Source: a virus
Strand: one strand, 5' to 3'
Length of the DNA stretch: 63,250 bases
Virus record (IMG/VR): IMGVR_UViG_3300048905_000034
Location: 1-63,250 of that record
This document shows, one piece after another, positions 40,501 through 50,536 of this stretch; the stretch's first letter is position 1, and every line of letters starts with the position of its first letter. The translations under genes were made by a program, and so were the position numbers. Below the pieces are notes generated by a model. That model made no database searches. It was not told where the DNA came from and saw only the letters and a list, made by a program, of their open reading frames with translations.

Positions 40501-42434
40501 ACGTACTTGCCGTCGAGCGTACCCACGGTCGCCTTGCCAAGGTCCAGCGACGCGAGGACCTGATTGCCGAGGGTCTGGGACCCCCACGACCCGGTGGAGG
40601 GGCCGGTCTTGGTCCACCTGTACTGCGCGGTGATCGGCGCGGTCGGGGACGCCTGAATGAACACGGTGTCGCCGTCGGCCCAGCCGGTGCCCGAAGGCAG
40701 AGCCGCCATATACATCATGTTGTTCTTGCCGCTCGCGCTGGTCTGCGCGAGTCCGGCGGCAGTGTTCGCGTCCCCGGCGAGGTTGAACGCCGTGTCAGCC
40801 TTGGACTGCGCCAGCGCGGCATTGTCCAGCGCGGTCTTCGCGGTGGTGACATCGCGCATTGACACGTCACTCCACTGCACCAACGTCCCGGAGGTGGTCA
40901 GTGCGTCGAGCCGCATACGGTACGCAATCTTGGCGATCCCGGCGGGCACCGTGTAGTAGCCGACCATCCGCTGCCACGTCGTGGTCAGCGCGGTCGCCGC
41001 AAGGGTGACCTGCGCGGGGAACGTCGCAACACCGCTGGTGTCAGTGACGATGCACGCAAGCCGCACGTCCCCTGCGGTCGGCAGGGTGCCGGAAACCCGG
41101 ACCCACCCGGCGATTTCCCAGATTTGGCCCTGAGTGACGGGCTGCTGGTAGTCGGAGGCGACCTGCACCAGTGTCCCGTTGGCGGTCATCTGGAGCACGT
41201 TTGCGCCGCGATGCGCGTCGGCAACCGCAGGGAAGGTGGTGGACGCGGGGAACGACTGCGAGTCCCAGCGTTCCGAGCCGAGGGCGAACGTGGAGTCGGG
41301 CACCGTGTTCTGTGCCTGCGCGGTCGCGGCATCAGCCACAGCCTTCGCCTTGTCCGCCGCCGTCTGCGCGGTCCCAGCCTTCCCGTCGGCAGTCGCCGCG
41401 TTAGCCAGCGCCGTCGAGGCGTTCGAGTACGCCGTCGTCACGGTGGTGCTCAGCGAGGTGTCCAGCTTCGCCAACGAGACAGCTTGGTTCGCCAGCTTGT
41501 TCTGGTCCACGGCGTTGTTCTGAAGCTTCGCCGTATTGACGGCCTGATCCGCCAGCGCTGCCGTAGCGACCGTGCCGATGGTGAGCTTGGCACCGTCGAG
41601 GACGGACTGGATGATGTCCACGTCCACCAGCGGCACCGGGATCAGCGAAATCTGCGTGGACCACGGGCCGATATTGCCAGAGGTGTCCACGGCGCGGAGC
41701 CGGAAGTAGTGCGGGACGTTGTAGGCGCTCTTGGGCACCATCGTGAACGTCGGATCAGCCGAGTAGTAGGTGTCGATGATCGTCGTGGGGGAGGAGGACA
41801 GCCCGAACGCCAGTTCTACCCGCTCCAGATCGGCAGGCATCAGCCCGCCACCAGCGGCCAAGCCGTCCCACGCGACCTTCATCGTCGCCAGCACCACCGT
41901 CCCGACCGGGGTCGAGGTCTGCGGCGGCGGGGTGGTGTCCGAGACGATGGTGACCTGAAGTTCAGCCGACCACTGCCCGGGGCGGGTGAAGTTTCCGGCT
42001 GAGGCGCGGGCCTTGAACTTCCACTTCGAGCCGGGGGTGAAATCCATCGCCATCAGCGACGGGCCATCGGAGGTGGCGACGATGTTGAAGGTAGGTTCCG
42101 TCGGTACCCAACTTGCGTCGTGGGCCTGCGCGGCAAGCTGGTAGTTCGTGACGGTCAGCGGCTCGGCGGTGGTGGAGAGCGTGACCGCCGGGAATCCGAT
42201 GATGACCCGGCCCCGGTGGTAGCCCCTCACGTCGATGTAGGTCGAGGTCTGGGCGACTAGCTCAACCGGGGCAGTTGGCTGGAGGTTCTTGTAGCTGTCC
42301 ACCTCGTCGCGGACGACCTGCGCCTCATCGGTGGCGTGCGAGATGGCGACCTGCACGCCGCTCTTGTTGGCCTTGAGGGCGCGCTCGACGGCCTTCTGCC
42401 ATTCGGCCAAGTTACGTGGGTGCTGCATGGACAC
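37572..42434 (-). CDS. giant tail fibre / minor tail protein with a C-terminal S74-type intramolecular chaperone, 1620 aa
   Basis: The C-terminus ...STSASKYKILPEV...IPGAIAEDV...GLMYDRLALAQIKLLQQ resembles the peptidase S74 autoprocessing domain. Confidence 0.7.
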   Translation of the reverse strand: MSMQHPRNLAEWQKAVERALKANKSGVQVAISHATDEAQVVRDEVDSYKNLQPTAPVELVAQTSTYIDVRGYHRGRVIIGFPAVTLSTTAEPLTVTNYQLAAQAHDASWVPTEPTFNIVATSDGPSLMAMDFTPGSKWKFKARASAGNFTRPGQWSAELQVTIVSDTTPPPQTSTPVGTVVLATMKVAWDGLAAGGGLMPADLERVELAFGLSSSPTTIIDTYYSADPTFTMVPKSAYNVPHYFRLRAVDTSGNIGPWSTQISLIPVPLVDVDIIQSVLDGAKLTIGTVATAALADQAVNTAKLQNNAVDQNKLANQAVSLAKLDTSLSTTVTTAYSNASTALANAATADGKAGTAQTAADKAKAVADAATAQAQNTVPDSTFALGSERWDSQSFPASTTFPAVADAHRGANVLQMTANGTLVQVASDYQQPVTQGQIWEIAGWVRVSGTLPTAGDVRLACIVTDTSGVATFPAQVTLAATALTTTWQRMVGYYTVPAGIAKIAYRMRLDALTTSGTLVQWSDVSMRDVTTAKTALDNAALAQSKADTAFNLAGDANTAAGLAQTSASGKNNMMYMAALPSGTGWADGDTVFIQASPTAPITAQYRWTKTGPSTGSWGSQTLGNQVLASLDLGKATVGTLDGKYVTIGTLSVDRLMAGFGLNVIPDPVFVQPAMTALRIANSTSTSSVWSVNATTGNFDAAMPTTGNYYFRPTGVTQTSTTFASWIPVRPGERWRIDAGIVAGGSGFNGDLRFTFRTKDGSATVAAASPTNTPFTTSGTYSYDTVVPDTAYWVLPEIRFGGYVGTASITPGSMAMYRMTEASMIVNGSITSLALATNAVTAKQLLVGDFANIAIGSDFEDASAVPWTLNALHTITTTQKKFGTSSLRLGPGTGTQSSLFTNDTRVKEGEQWNVKFWAYIDASFNGTSGGSKIRFGDQGTTHILSAPFNAITRSVWTPVEMTVTALAGDTSFYIQIQSDHTAGFAYIDDIQFRRVAEASLIQNLGVEKLVASAASINSAVIDKLWTDVVNSRKITTDMLVVTAGTNMVPDPLFQAPESRAKKFGNATGWDTYVSGVGMQALRYGNATPSWPSVGYLNLLDYDSTPGVADKTNWLPVIAGEKYEFSGRFYANDAGITTKMYVTFVKDDGTTSGWSSATITPNLTTPATERIPVWEFTIPANVIKMGARIEHRGTTGWVSLYNDGMYFRKKVDANLIVDGGILAKHLTVTDEMWTDILHFKKLGGDEIDVNDLTADTAWIGTLRGGILINDAVDTGQLKASAITSKHTITGATFQTVTTASRGIKINTANGFRQYDGSGNIIVDIGGAAGANMMVGDLMTSRPGTRGIQLVNSSIWGLPAIVYSYGGGTSVNEASTFMRYSIAGDPELVHRAPDRSIVGQASNPGFVRVEGDLVLSLGANSVQNMRIEQPFIMGAWSPVDGYHSMQLKGDQITLTAAGGNVRFESGSFYTQAPGIYSKTTGNSANVWITTDGGMFRSTSASKYKILPEVMELPETLLDVDVKNWIDLAAAEEYSSFYDKPAPLSETDQQRFDAISLKRIPGAIAEDVLAAGGDAFVVYGEDGEVEGLMYDRLALAQIKLLQQRGEVLAETLAEVLERLDVLES

Positions 42435-42458
42435 TTAGAGTCCCCTTTCCATCGTGGT

Positions 42459-43580
42459 CTAACTGCCGATTGGAGCCGGGGACAGCGTCACCTGAATGAC
42501 TTCGTCAGATTCGGCGGTCTCTTCAACGGTCATGCTATCCAGCTTCTGCATCTGGGAAACCGAACGACCCGGCAGCATAGCGGCCAAGGGCACCCACACG
42601 CCCGGGACAAGGTCCTCAATACTCAGGACCCCCGCCGGGTTCAGGGAGGTGTTGTCGGGGATGCGGACGACAATCGGGGGCCGCTTCGACTGCGACCAGA
42701 TGCGCGAAGCCTGCGAGTTCATCTCCGTCACAGTCGGGCCGCTGTCGGGGTTGTTCGGATCGTTGACGGGGTCGTCGGGTCCACCAGTGGTTTCGTCGTA
42801 GGCGTCCTGCACCATCTCCCATTCCCCGTAGTACGGGTCCACCAGACCGTAACTGCCGTGATGGCCCTTACCGTCGGTGATGTAGACCTGCGTGGCCAAC
42901 TCCATCCCGTACTGGGTGATGATCGGGTCGCCGAGGAAGTCGTCAGCGGTCACTTGCGCGGTCCGCCCGATGGGCTGGTGGACATCCCAAAACAGGATGC
43001 GCCGCCCCACCACGGTGTAGTCCATGCCACCCCGGGCCGCGTAGGCGTCAAGGTGGTCGAACACCGACATTTCATAGGGAAGCGTCCGGGCGGTGGTGCG
43101 GGCGTCCGTGCGCGGGGTGATGTAGAGGTACTGGATGTGCTGCAGGACGTTGATCGGCGGGTCCAGCGCCTCCTTCCGTGCCAGTTCAGCATCCAGAATG
43201 CGCTTGACGCGGTCCAGCACGTAGGTGGTGTTCGGGTACCGGTTGTCGTACTCCGCACGCATCGCCGTGCGGTTGACGTAGTGCATCACATCGTGGGCCG
43301 TGATCTGCACGCTATCGCCCCGATACGCAACCCTTGTCACCGGCCCTTCCCAGACCCGCACCGTGCCCCGGAAGATCACCAGTTCCACGCGCCCGGCCTC
43401 GATCATGCCCAACTGCTCGGCGCACTTCCGTCCCGGGGTCGCCACAAAGACATCTGCGGTGGAGATGTCATCGCGGGTCCTGCCCCACCTGACTCTGGTC
43501 AGCGGGGTGATTGCAATTAGTTCCCGGAGTCCACCCCGGTCGTAGATGTAAGCGGTGTGCTGCTGGCAGCTAAGCGCCAT
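42459..43580 (-). CDS. minor tail protein (Tal-position)
   Basis: 373 aa, second gene after the tape measure. Confidence 0.6.
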   Translation of the reverse strand: MALSCQQHTAYIYDRGGLRELIAITPLTRVRWGRTRDDISTADVFVATPGRKCAEQLGMIEAGRVELVIFRGTVRVWEGPVTRVAYRGDSVQITAHDVMHYVNRTAMRAEYDNRYPNTTYVLDRVKRILDAELARKEALDPPINVLQHIQYLYITPRTDARTTARTLPYEMSVFDHLDAYAARGGMDYTVVGRRILFWDVHQPIGRTAQVTADDFLGDPIITQYGMELATQVYITDGKGHHGSYGLVDPYYGEWEMVQDAYDETTGGPDDPVNDPNNPDSGPTVTEMNSQASRIWSQSKRPPIVVRIPDNTSLNPAGVLSIEDLVPGVWVPLAAMLPGRSVSQMQKLDSMTVEETAESDEVIQVTLSPAPIGS

Positions 43581-44791
43581 TACTCCCTCACCGCCGTCTC
43601 CAGCATTACCGTGATCCCGGTTTGGCCCGGGAGCATGTCAGCGGTCATGGTGTAGGAGCCAGCGCAGCCCAGCGAGGGCCACGTCACCGGCATCCCGTCC
43701 GAGCCGTACACCAACTGACCGCCAACGACGGTCTTGCCGTTGGACTTCAGCACTTTGATTTCCCGACGGATGCTGTCGATGGTCATTGTCGCGTTCGGTG
43801 GAATGTACGAAATCAGGAACTCCCCCTCGTGGCCGCAGCCGCTGAGGGTGCCCCCGCCGTAGAAGCGCAGCCGCACCTGCGACGCCCCGCCTGCCCCGGT
43901 CGTAATGGTCAGGATCGGCGCAACCCTGCCCCACCGGGTCACATCCGCTGAGAGAACCGCCATGGTGGAGCGCCGCCAACTGGTCACCTTGATTACGTTC
44001 GGCGGGGTGATTCGCGGTGGCGACGGCGGCTGGGTGATAGCGGTGTAGAAGGGGTCAGCGATGAACTCGGTGTAGGGGTTGGTTGATACCCAGCAGTCTT
44101 CCCCCGCAGGGTCCGTGAAGGAAGAACCGCTCGCCAGCGTCAACGAGCCATTCGTTGTCTTTGGTGTCCATGCCCACGGCACCCCGGCAGAGAACAGGAA
44201 CTCAACCTCCCGCATCGCGCAGTAGTGGGACGGCATCGTCTTGACCACCTTGGCGTTATCCAGCACCTCCACCCGGACGAAAGTGCGCATCAGGTTGGCG
44301 TCCGAAGCCCCCAGCAGGGGAGCCGCCGCATACAGCCGCAGGTCGTTGTCGGTGCAGGCCCCCAACGCCTGCCCGCAGTCCCCGGAGGACAGGACATCCT
44401 TGAGCCACGCAAGCCCCTCGTTCATGGCCTTGTCGTCCTTGGCGAATGCGGTCAGCCGCACCTTGATTTCCCGGGAACTGTAGCGGGGCTTGGAGTGGAC
44501 CGCACCGTTCCCCCCAAGCTGCTGCGCGGACACAGTGCGGGACGAGTCGTCCGCACCAGCCAGCACCGTTGGCATGAACCCGTAGAAATCCCCGGAGACG
44601 GCCCGGGACGCCACATACCAAGGAGCCGCGTCCGCTGCCGGGGACACGTAGGTCCCATGCCCGCGTGCGGTGCGCAGGCCCGGGTACGTGAGCTTCACAT
44701 CCAACTGGGGCACGAATGCCTTCAGGTACGTCGCGGTGCGGGCGGCGTTGAGGATTTCCGTGCCTGCATATTCGAGCCATCCGTCGTACAT
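43580..44791 (-). CDS. minor tail protein (distal-tail position)
   Basis: 403 aa, immediately after the tape measure. Confidence 0.6.
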   Translation of the reverse strand: MYDGWLEYAGTEILNAARTATYLKAFVPQLDVKLTYPGLRTARGHGTYVSPAADAAPWYVASRAVSGDFYGFMPTVLAGADDSSRTVSAQQLGGNGAVHSKPRYSSREIKVRLTAFAKDDKAMNEGLAWLKDVLSSGDCGQALGACTDNDLRLYAAAPLLGASDANLMRTFVRVEVLDNAKVVKTMPSHYCAMREVEFLFSAGVPWAWTPKTTNGSLTLASGSSFTDPAGEDCWVSTNPYTEFIADPFYTAITQPPSPPRITPPNVIKVTSWRRSTMAVLSADVTRWGRVAPILTITTGAGGASQVRLRFYGGGTLSGCGHEGEFLISYIPPNATMTIDSIRREIKVLKSNGKTVVGGQLVYGSDGMPVTWPSLGCAGSYTMTADMLPGQTGITVMLETAVRE

Positions 44792-44800
44792 GGTGCCGTC

Positions 44801-47800
44801 CTACATCCGTGAGTTGGTCGAGAAAGCATCGGACAGCGCATCGGTAACGGTCCCGGCGATGATCCAAGGGTCGGTGGCCTGAGTGTGGACCTGCACTGCA
44901 CCTTCGGCGATGTTGAACGCGCGGGAGGTGGAATCGGCAGTTGGTCGACCAACTGCCGAGAATGCTCCGCCAACCGTAACCTCAGAAGTGGGCACGGTGA
45001 ACGCCCCGAGGGTGCCCAGCGCGTTGTGTACGCTGTCGCGGTTCGCCTTCAGCCCATCTGCCAGCCCCTGCGCCGCATCCGCGCCAGCCACGTACATGAC
45101 CGACTTGGACAGGTCGGCTGTGACGCTGTCCGTGACCAGCGCCGTGATGGTCTGCAGGGTGTTCAGCAGCGGGTCCATCTTGGATTCCAGTCCCCGCTGG
45201 AGGCCACCCATGATGGCTTCACCGGCAGGCACCAGCAGCTTCGCGTCGTAGTCCAGCGGACCCTTGTTCGCCCTGATCCAAGCCGCGATGCCGCCGACGA
45301 AGTCCGTCACCGCGCCCCACGAGGACCGCAGACCGCTCAGGAAGCCGCCCATGATGCTTGAACCCGCACCCCAGAGCAGGTACGACAGTCCGCCAAGCGC
45401 ACCAGCGATCCGGCCCGGGAGTCCAGAGATGTAGCCCATGATGTCGTTGGCCTTGTTCATCACCAAGCTGACGAAGTTCATGAACGCACCGGACAGGGAG
45501 TTCCACATCTGCGCCATGGCGCTCTGGACATTCCCGATCATGGACGTGCCCATGCCTTGAACGTCGCCCTTCATATTGCCGGACTTGTCCCGAACCGTAC
45601 CGGTGAACTGGTTCCACTTGTCGCTGAGGGTGCCACCAACGGTGCCCCAGAAGCCGCTCCAGTTCCGGGACACATCGCTTCCGAAGTTGCTGATGTTGTT
45701 GCGGATTTCCCCGGCCTTCGTGGAGGTGGTGTTCGTGAACTCCCCCCACTTCTGGCCCAGCGTGTTGCCCACGTCGCCCCAGAATCCGTTCCAGCCGTTC
45801 GTTACGTCCCCTGCCCAGCCCTCGATGCCGGACTTGATTTCCCCGGCCTTGCCGCTGACGGTTGTCTTGAACTCTTCCCACTTCGTGGACAGCGTCGTAC
45901 CGGTGTCGGTCCAGAACTGGGACCAGCCGGTCTGGAATCCCTCCCACGCCGAAGTCACGCCCGTCTTCAGTTCCTCGAACTTGGTGCTGACCGTGGTCTT
46001 GAACTCTTCCCACTTGGTCCCAAGGGTCGTGCCAACGTCCGTCCAGAAGGTAGACCAGCCGGTCTTGAACTCCTCCCACTTACCAGCAAGGCCGTCCACC
46101 ACTTCTTGGAACTTGGTGGTGACGGTGGTCTTGATTTCCTCCCACTTCGCCCCGACCGAGGCAGCGAAGTCGCCGAAGCCGTTGAGGAAGCCCGCGACAA
46201 TATCGCCAGCTATGCCGAACATCAGGGTGGACGGCGACTGGATGCCGAAGAACCTCTTCATGTCCTCGACCCAGCCGGTGAAGCCCTGCCCGATCTTCTC
46301 CCATGCGTTGACATCCTTGCCGGTCAGGCCCTGAATGAAGCCGTTCCACAGGTCAGCGCCGATCTGCGCCCAGTCAAGGTTTGCCACCCAGTCCTTGATG
46401 GGCTTCCAGACGTTGGTTTCCAGCCAGTTGTTGACCGTCGCGTTGATGCCTTCAGCCCACTGGTTGACATCGCCCATCATGCCGCCGAAGCCGCCCCAGA
46501 AGCTCTGCCAGAACGCCTGTCCGTTGGTGTCGCTGCGGTTGCTGCTCTCCCCGCCGCCGCCGCTGGTGAGCCAGTCGGACACAGCCTTCCACGCGGTATC
46601 CCACGCCTCGCGGATGGGCCTGAAGATGGTGTTCTCGAACCAGTCGTTGACGGTCTGGTTGATGTCGCCGATGTTGCCCTCAGACCAGAAGCTGTTCCAG
46701 AGGGCCGGGAAATTGACCTGACCATTGCCATCGCCACGGTTGCTGCTCTCATGGTCACCGCCGCTCTTGAACCAGTCGGTCACGGAGGTCATCGCCGTGT
46801 TCCACGCATCACGTACGGGCTTGAACACGTTGTTCTCAAACCAGTCATTGACGGTCTTGTTGATGGACTCAACGTTCGCGTCACCAAGGTGCAGGACATC
46901 GTTGGTGATCCAGTTCATGATGGCAGGGCCGAGGCCGTAGTCCTTCGTATCGCTCTTGAAGGACTCGGGGATGGTGGTCTGCCACCACTCGTTGATGCGG
47001 CGCATGTCGTTTTCCCAGCCGGTGCGGATGGGCTTGAAGATGCTGTCCTCGAACCACTTGTTCACGACGGCGTCGAGGTTGTCGATCTTCCTGCCCTGAT
47101 CGTCGAAGAACTCCTTGATGCCGTTGGACAGGTCGATGTTGGCCGACTGGAGGCTGGGCAGGATGTTGTCGAACAGGTTGCGGAAAGCCTCCACGACCCA
47201 GTGGTCAACCTTGTCGGAGAGGTCGTTCATCTCCGGGTTGCTGCCGGTGAACAGTTCGACGGTCTTCCGAATCTGGTCCTTGATGTTCTTGTCCAGCGCC
47301 TTGAACATCGCCTGCGATGTCGGATCGTCGTAGTTGATCGAACCCATGCCCTGCGTCAGGGCGGCTCCGAGGCCGGGCGCGAGCGTGTCGACGAGCTTCT
47401 TCGCTGCGATGCCCAAGCCGTAGCTGAGGTCGCCGACCAGAATCTCCTTCATCACCTCGCCCCACTTGATCTTGTTCGTCTTGCCGAAGGAGTCCAGCTT
47501 CCTCTGCTGCTCGTCGAGGTTCGCCTTCGCCTGCTCCATGCTGAAGGAACCAAAGAGGATTCCCCAGTCCTCCGGGCGGGCCTCCAACTTGGCGATCCGC
47601 ATGGCGGCGGCGAGGGAGTCGAAGCCCTTGCCGACCTTCTCCACGAGGGACTGAAGCGTCGGGGTGAACAGGGCGAACAGGCTCCCCAGCGGGGCCAGCA
47701 ATTCGGTGGCGAACTGCACCGCCTTCGGCAGGGTCTCCGTGGCGAGGGTCTTGATGGTCGGGCCGAGGTCCTCGACCATCTTGGCGATCACCGGCCCGGC

Positions 47801-50524
47801 CTTGTCGACGAAGCCGTTGAACGCCGGGATCAGGTTGCCCTTCATTCCGGCGACAATCGGGGCAACGATGAACTTGTCGAACGCCTCCAAGATCGGCTTG
47901 AACTTCTCGACGACGTTGGTGGCCGCGTCCGAAAGCGGGTCCAGCAGGGTCTGGACCTTGGTCGACATCGTGTCCAGCACCGGGGCCAAGTTCACCGTGA
48001 AGGCGGTGGCGATCTTGGCGACGGACACAACGATCTTGCCGAGCAGGGTCAGCATGTTGCCGATGGAATCCGCGAACGGCTTGATCGCCGGTTCCAACGT
48101 GGCGATTGCGTCCGCGATCCCGCCAGTGAAATCCGTGATGCCCTTCTGGACGGTGGGGTTTGTGAGAATCTGCCCGATGTAGCCGATGATGTCGGCGACG
48201 GCGTCGCCAAGATCGCTCAGCGCGATCTTCACCGACGGCATGACGGACTGAATGGCCGGGCCAAGGTCGTAGAGCGCGTCGCCGATCTTCTCCGCTTCAA
48301 TCCGCATACCGGAGAACAGCATGACCATGGTGTCTTGGAAGCCCTTCTCCTGCATCGTCTTTGCGATGTCTTGGAGGGCGGTGGCGAACGCATCCAGCCC
48401 GCCGGACCCGGCCCTGCGGGCGGCGTCGACGATGGCGTTGAAGATTCCCATGGTGCCGTCGATGGCGCGGCCCATGTCCTTGAAGCCCTTGATGCCGCGC
48501 TCGATCCACTTGTCGATATGCCCGTCCTTCTCAGCCTTCTTGATGAAGTCGTCGAAGTTGGTGCCGAGCTTGTTGATCCAGTCGGCGAAGCGGCCGAAAT
48601 ACTTGGAGCCGACGAGGCCGAGCCGCGCCCAAGCGTCGATGAATGCCTTGACGCCCACGTGGGACTTGTCCATCGCATCGTTCATGCGCTGGAACATCAG
48701 GTTCATCTTGTCCGGGCCGGTGCTGCTGGTGATCCCGTCGAGGATTGCACCGAACAGGCGGCCCTCAGCGGCGGCGACCTTCTTCAGGTTCTTCTGAAGC
48801 GTGGGGAGCATGACGTTGGAGAAGCGGTCCATGGCAGGCTTGAGACCCTTGTCCAACTCGTTGAACATGTCCTCCTTCCACTGCTTCAGTTCCTTCTTGT
48901 ACTTCAGCGCCATGCCCTGCAGCGCGGTCATTCCGACGTAGGCCATGATGCCGAAGCCGGTGGCGAAGGCGGGGATGAGTGCGCTCAGCCCACTGATGCT
49001 CTGGCCGAGGTCGTCGACGATGACGAACAGCGACTGCAGCGCGGAGCCACCGATGGAGGCGACGGCGGAAAGCTTCATCGTCAGGTTGGACGCGGACACG
49101 GCAATGCGGTCGAGGTTGTGGATGAAGTCGAAGCCCTGCCGGATCATGTCGCCGAAGACGTTCAGCCCGGCGAAGCCCTGAAGGTGCTCGCGCACGCCCT
49201 GCAACTTGGAACTGACGCCCGAAACGAAGCCGCCGAAGCGTGAGGCGGCGTTGCGCAGGCTGGCGAACGCGCGGGTGCCTTCGCCCCTCATCTGCTGGAA
49301 CCGGCCATTGACCAGACCGATCTTGCCCATGATGCGGCTCAGTTCACCATCGGTCATCCGACCGAGGTTGTGCATCTGGAAGGCAGTCTCGCTGATCCTG
49401 TCCCGCATCTCCCTGACGTTCCGGGCACCGCGCTCGAAGTGCGAAAAGTCGTTGGTGTCCATCGCTCGCGCGAGATTGCGGAAGTTGTTCTCCAGTTCCT
49501 GAAAGTGGAAGTTCCGGGCCATGCCGGAGAGCGAGGCGTTGTAGTCGTCCTGCGCCTTCCGCAGCCGGTTCGTCTCATCCAGCGCGTCCTTCATGGCCTT
49601 GGACTTGGCGTTCTGGTCGTCGATGAACTGGTTGATCTGGGCGTGCAGGACATCGGCCATGTCCTGCGACATCCGCTTCTGGTCCTGCATGGCGGCGGTG
49701 ACATCATAGATGCGGGCGCGGGCCTGATGCAGGTTGTCGAAGCTCTTGGCGAAGCCCTCCATGTCCACCGAGGTCATCACCTCGGCGAGCTTCTTGAAGT
49801 CCGCCTCCATATCCTTGATGGCGTTGTTCTTGCGCATGCCCTCGAACGTGCGCGCCCACGCCTTGTTCATGTCGATGGCTTCCTGCATCGTCTTGGCGCG
49901 ACGCTGCATCCACTCTTCGTTCATGCGGTGGGCGTCTTCTTGAAGCTTCGCCAGATTCTCCTCCGCCTTGGCGAAGGCTTCCTGTATCCGGCCTTCCTCC
50001 TGCTGCTTGAGGAACTCCTTATCCTGCATGCCGGAGAGTGTCTGCTGGAGTTCAATCAGCCTGCGCTGGTGATCCTCCTGCTTCTGCATCCCCGCCACAA
50101 CCTCATGGAGGCGACCGACCATGCGGTCGAACTCGTCGTTGGCGAGCTTCGTGCCATCAGCGATTTGTTCGCCGGTCTTCTTGCCGTCTTCACCGATCTC
50201 GTCAATGAGGTGGTCCGTGTCCCGCATCTCGCGCAGGAACTCGGTGATCTTCTGGCGGGCATCGTCGAGGCTCCGGGGATTGAACTCCCCGATCAGGCGG
50301 TCCCAGTCGACCTGCTTCTCGGAGTACATCGCGTTGACGATGTCGCCCCACTTGCCGTTCACGTCCTGCTGGACGCGCTTTCCCCATGCGTCCGCGAACT
50401 GGTCGGCTTGCTCACGCGCGGCCTTCTGGACATCCCCCCGGGCACCCTCAAGGTCCCGACGGAAATTTTTGAGGTCACCGTGGACATCAATGTATGCGTC
50501 CGCTACTTCGCGCCCGATGCCCAC
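44801..50524 (-). CDS. tape measure protein
   Basis: 1907 aa, helical/Gly-rich, Trp-rich internal repeats, follows the chaperone pair. Confidence 0.9.
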   Translation of the reverse strand: MGIGREVADAYIDVHGDLKNFRRDLEGARGDVQKAAREQADQFADAWGKRVQQDVNGKWGDIVNAMYSEKQVDWDRLIGEFNPRSLDDARQKITEFLREMRDTDHLIDEIGEDGKKTGEQIADGTKLANDEFDRMVGRLHEVVAGMQKQEDHQRRLIELQQTLSGMQDKEFLKQQEEGRIQEAFAKAEENLAKLQEDAHRMNEEWMQRRAKTMQEAIDMNKAWARTFEGMRKNNAIKDMEADFKKLAEVMTSVDMEGFAKSFDNLHQARARIYDVTAAMQDQKRMSQDMADVLHAQINQFIDDQNAKSKAMKDALDETNRLRKAQDDYNASLSGMARNFHFQELENNFRNLARAMDTNDFSHFERGARNVREMRDRISETAFQMHNLGRMTDGELSRIMGKIGLVNGRFQQMRGEGTRAFASLRNAASRFGGFVSGVSSKLQGVREHLQGFAGLNVFGDMIRQGFDFIHNLDRIAVSASNLTMKLSAVASIGGSALQSLFVIVDDLGQSISGLSALIPAFATGFGIMAYVGMTALQGMALKYKKELKQWKEDMFNELDKGLKPAMDRFSNVMLPTLQKNLKKVAAAEGRLFGAILDGITSSTGPDKMNLMFQRMNDAMDKSHVGVKAFIDAWARLGLVGSKYFGRFADWINKLGTNFDDFIKKAEKDGHIDKWIERGIKGFKDMGRAIDGTMGIFNAIVDAARRAGSGGLDAFATALQDIAKTMQEKGFQDTMVMLFSGMRIEAEKIGDALYDLGPAIQSVMPSVKIALSDLGDAVADIIGYIGQILTNPTVQKGITDFTGGIADAIATLEPAIKPFADSIGNMLTLLGKIVVSVAKIATAFTVNLAPVLDTMSTKVQTLLDPLSDAATNVVEKFKPILEAFDKFIVAPIVAGMKGNLIPAFNGFVDKAGPVIAKMVEDLGPTIKTLATETLPKAVQFATELLAPLGSLFALFTPTLQSLVEKVGKGFDSLAAAMRIAKLEARPEDWGILFGSFSMEQAKANLDEQQRKLDSFGKTNKIKWGEVMKEILVGDLSYGLGIAAKKLVDTLAPGLGAALTQGMGSINYDDPTSQAMFKALDKNIKDQIRKTVELFTGSNPEMNDLSDKVDHWVVEAFRNLFDNILPSLQSANIDLSNGIKEFFDDQGRKIDNLDAVVNKWFEDSIFKPIRTGWENDMRRINEWWQTTIPESFKSDTKDYGLGPAIMNWITNDVLHLGDANVESINKTVNDWFENNVFKPVRDAWNTAMTSVTDWFKSGGDHESSNRGDGNGQVNFPALWNSFWSEGNIGDINQTVNDWFENTIFRPIREAWDTAWKAVSDWLTSGGGGESSNRSDTNGQAFWQSFWGGFGGMMGDVNQWAEGINATVNNWLETNVWKPIKDWVANLDWAQIGADLWNGFIQGLTGKDVNAWEKIGQGFTGWVEDMKRFFGIQSPSTLMFGIAGDIVAGFLNGFGDFAASVGAKWEEIKTTVTTKFQEVVDGLAGKWEEFKTGWSTFWTDVGTTLGTKWEEFKTTVSTKFEELKTGVTSAWEGFQTGWSQFWTDTGTTLSTKWEEFKTTVSGKAGEIKSGIEGWAGDVTNGWNGFWGDVGNTLGQKWGEFTNTTSTKAGEIRNNISNFGSDVSRNWSGFWGTVGGTLSDKWNQFTGTVRDKSGNMKGDVQGMGTSMIGNVQSAMAQMWNSLSGAFMNFVSLVMNKANDIMGYISGLPGRIAGALGGLSYLLWGAGSSIMGGFLSGLRSSWGAVTDFVGGIAAWIRANKGPLDYDAKLLVPAGEAIMGGLQRGLESKMDPLLNTLQTITALVTDSVTADLSKSVMYVAGADAAQGLADGLKANRDSVHNALGTLGAFTVPTSEVTVGGAFSAVGRPTADSTSRAFNIAEGAVQVHTQATDPWIIAGTVTDALSDAFSTNSRM
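44937..44956. repeat. PAL20 copy, perfect (24-bp helix 44935-44958)
   Basis: Inside the tape measure 3' end, read as AVGRPTA. Confidence 0.95.
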
Positions 50525-50536
50525 GGTGACCTCTTT

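Noticed and set aside
37572-42434. A diversity-generating retroelement targeting the fibre gene
   Set aside because: The genome has no reverse transcriptase gene, and I noticed no template/variable repeat pair.
45557-49243. Very long + strand ORFs antisense to structural genes: 45557..49243 (1228 aa), 49370..51400, 54843..56876, 59847..61616, 38115..39647, 1391..2728 and 42336..43520
   Set aside because: These are typical high-GC shadow ORFs. They are Arg/Gly/Val/His-rich, have no RBS or coupling, and lie opposite well-supported tape measure, fibre, capsid and portal genes.
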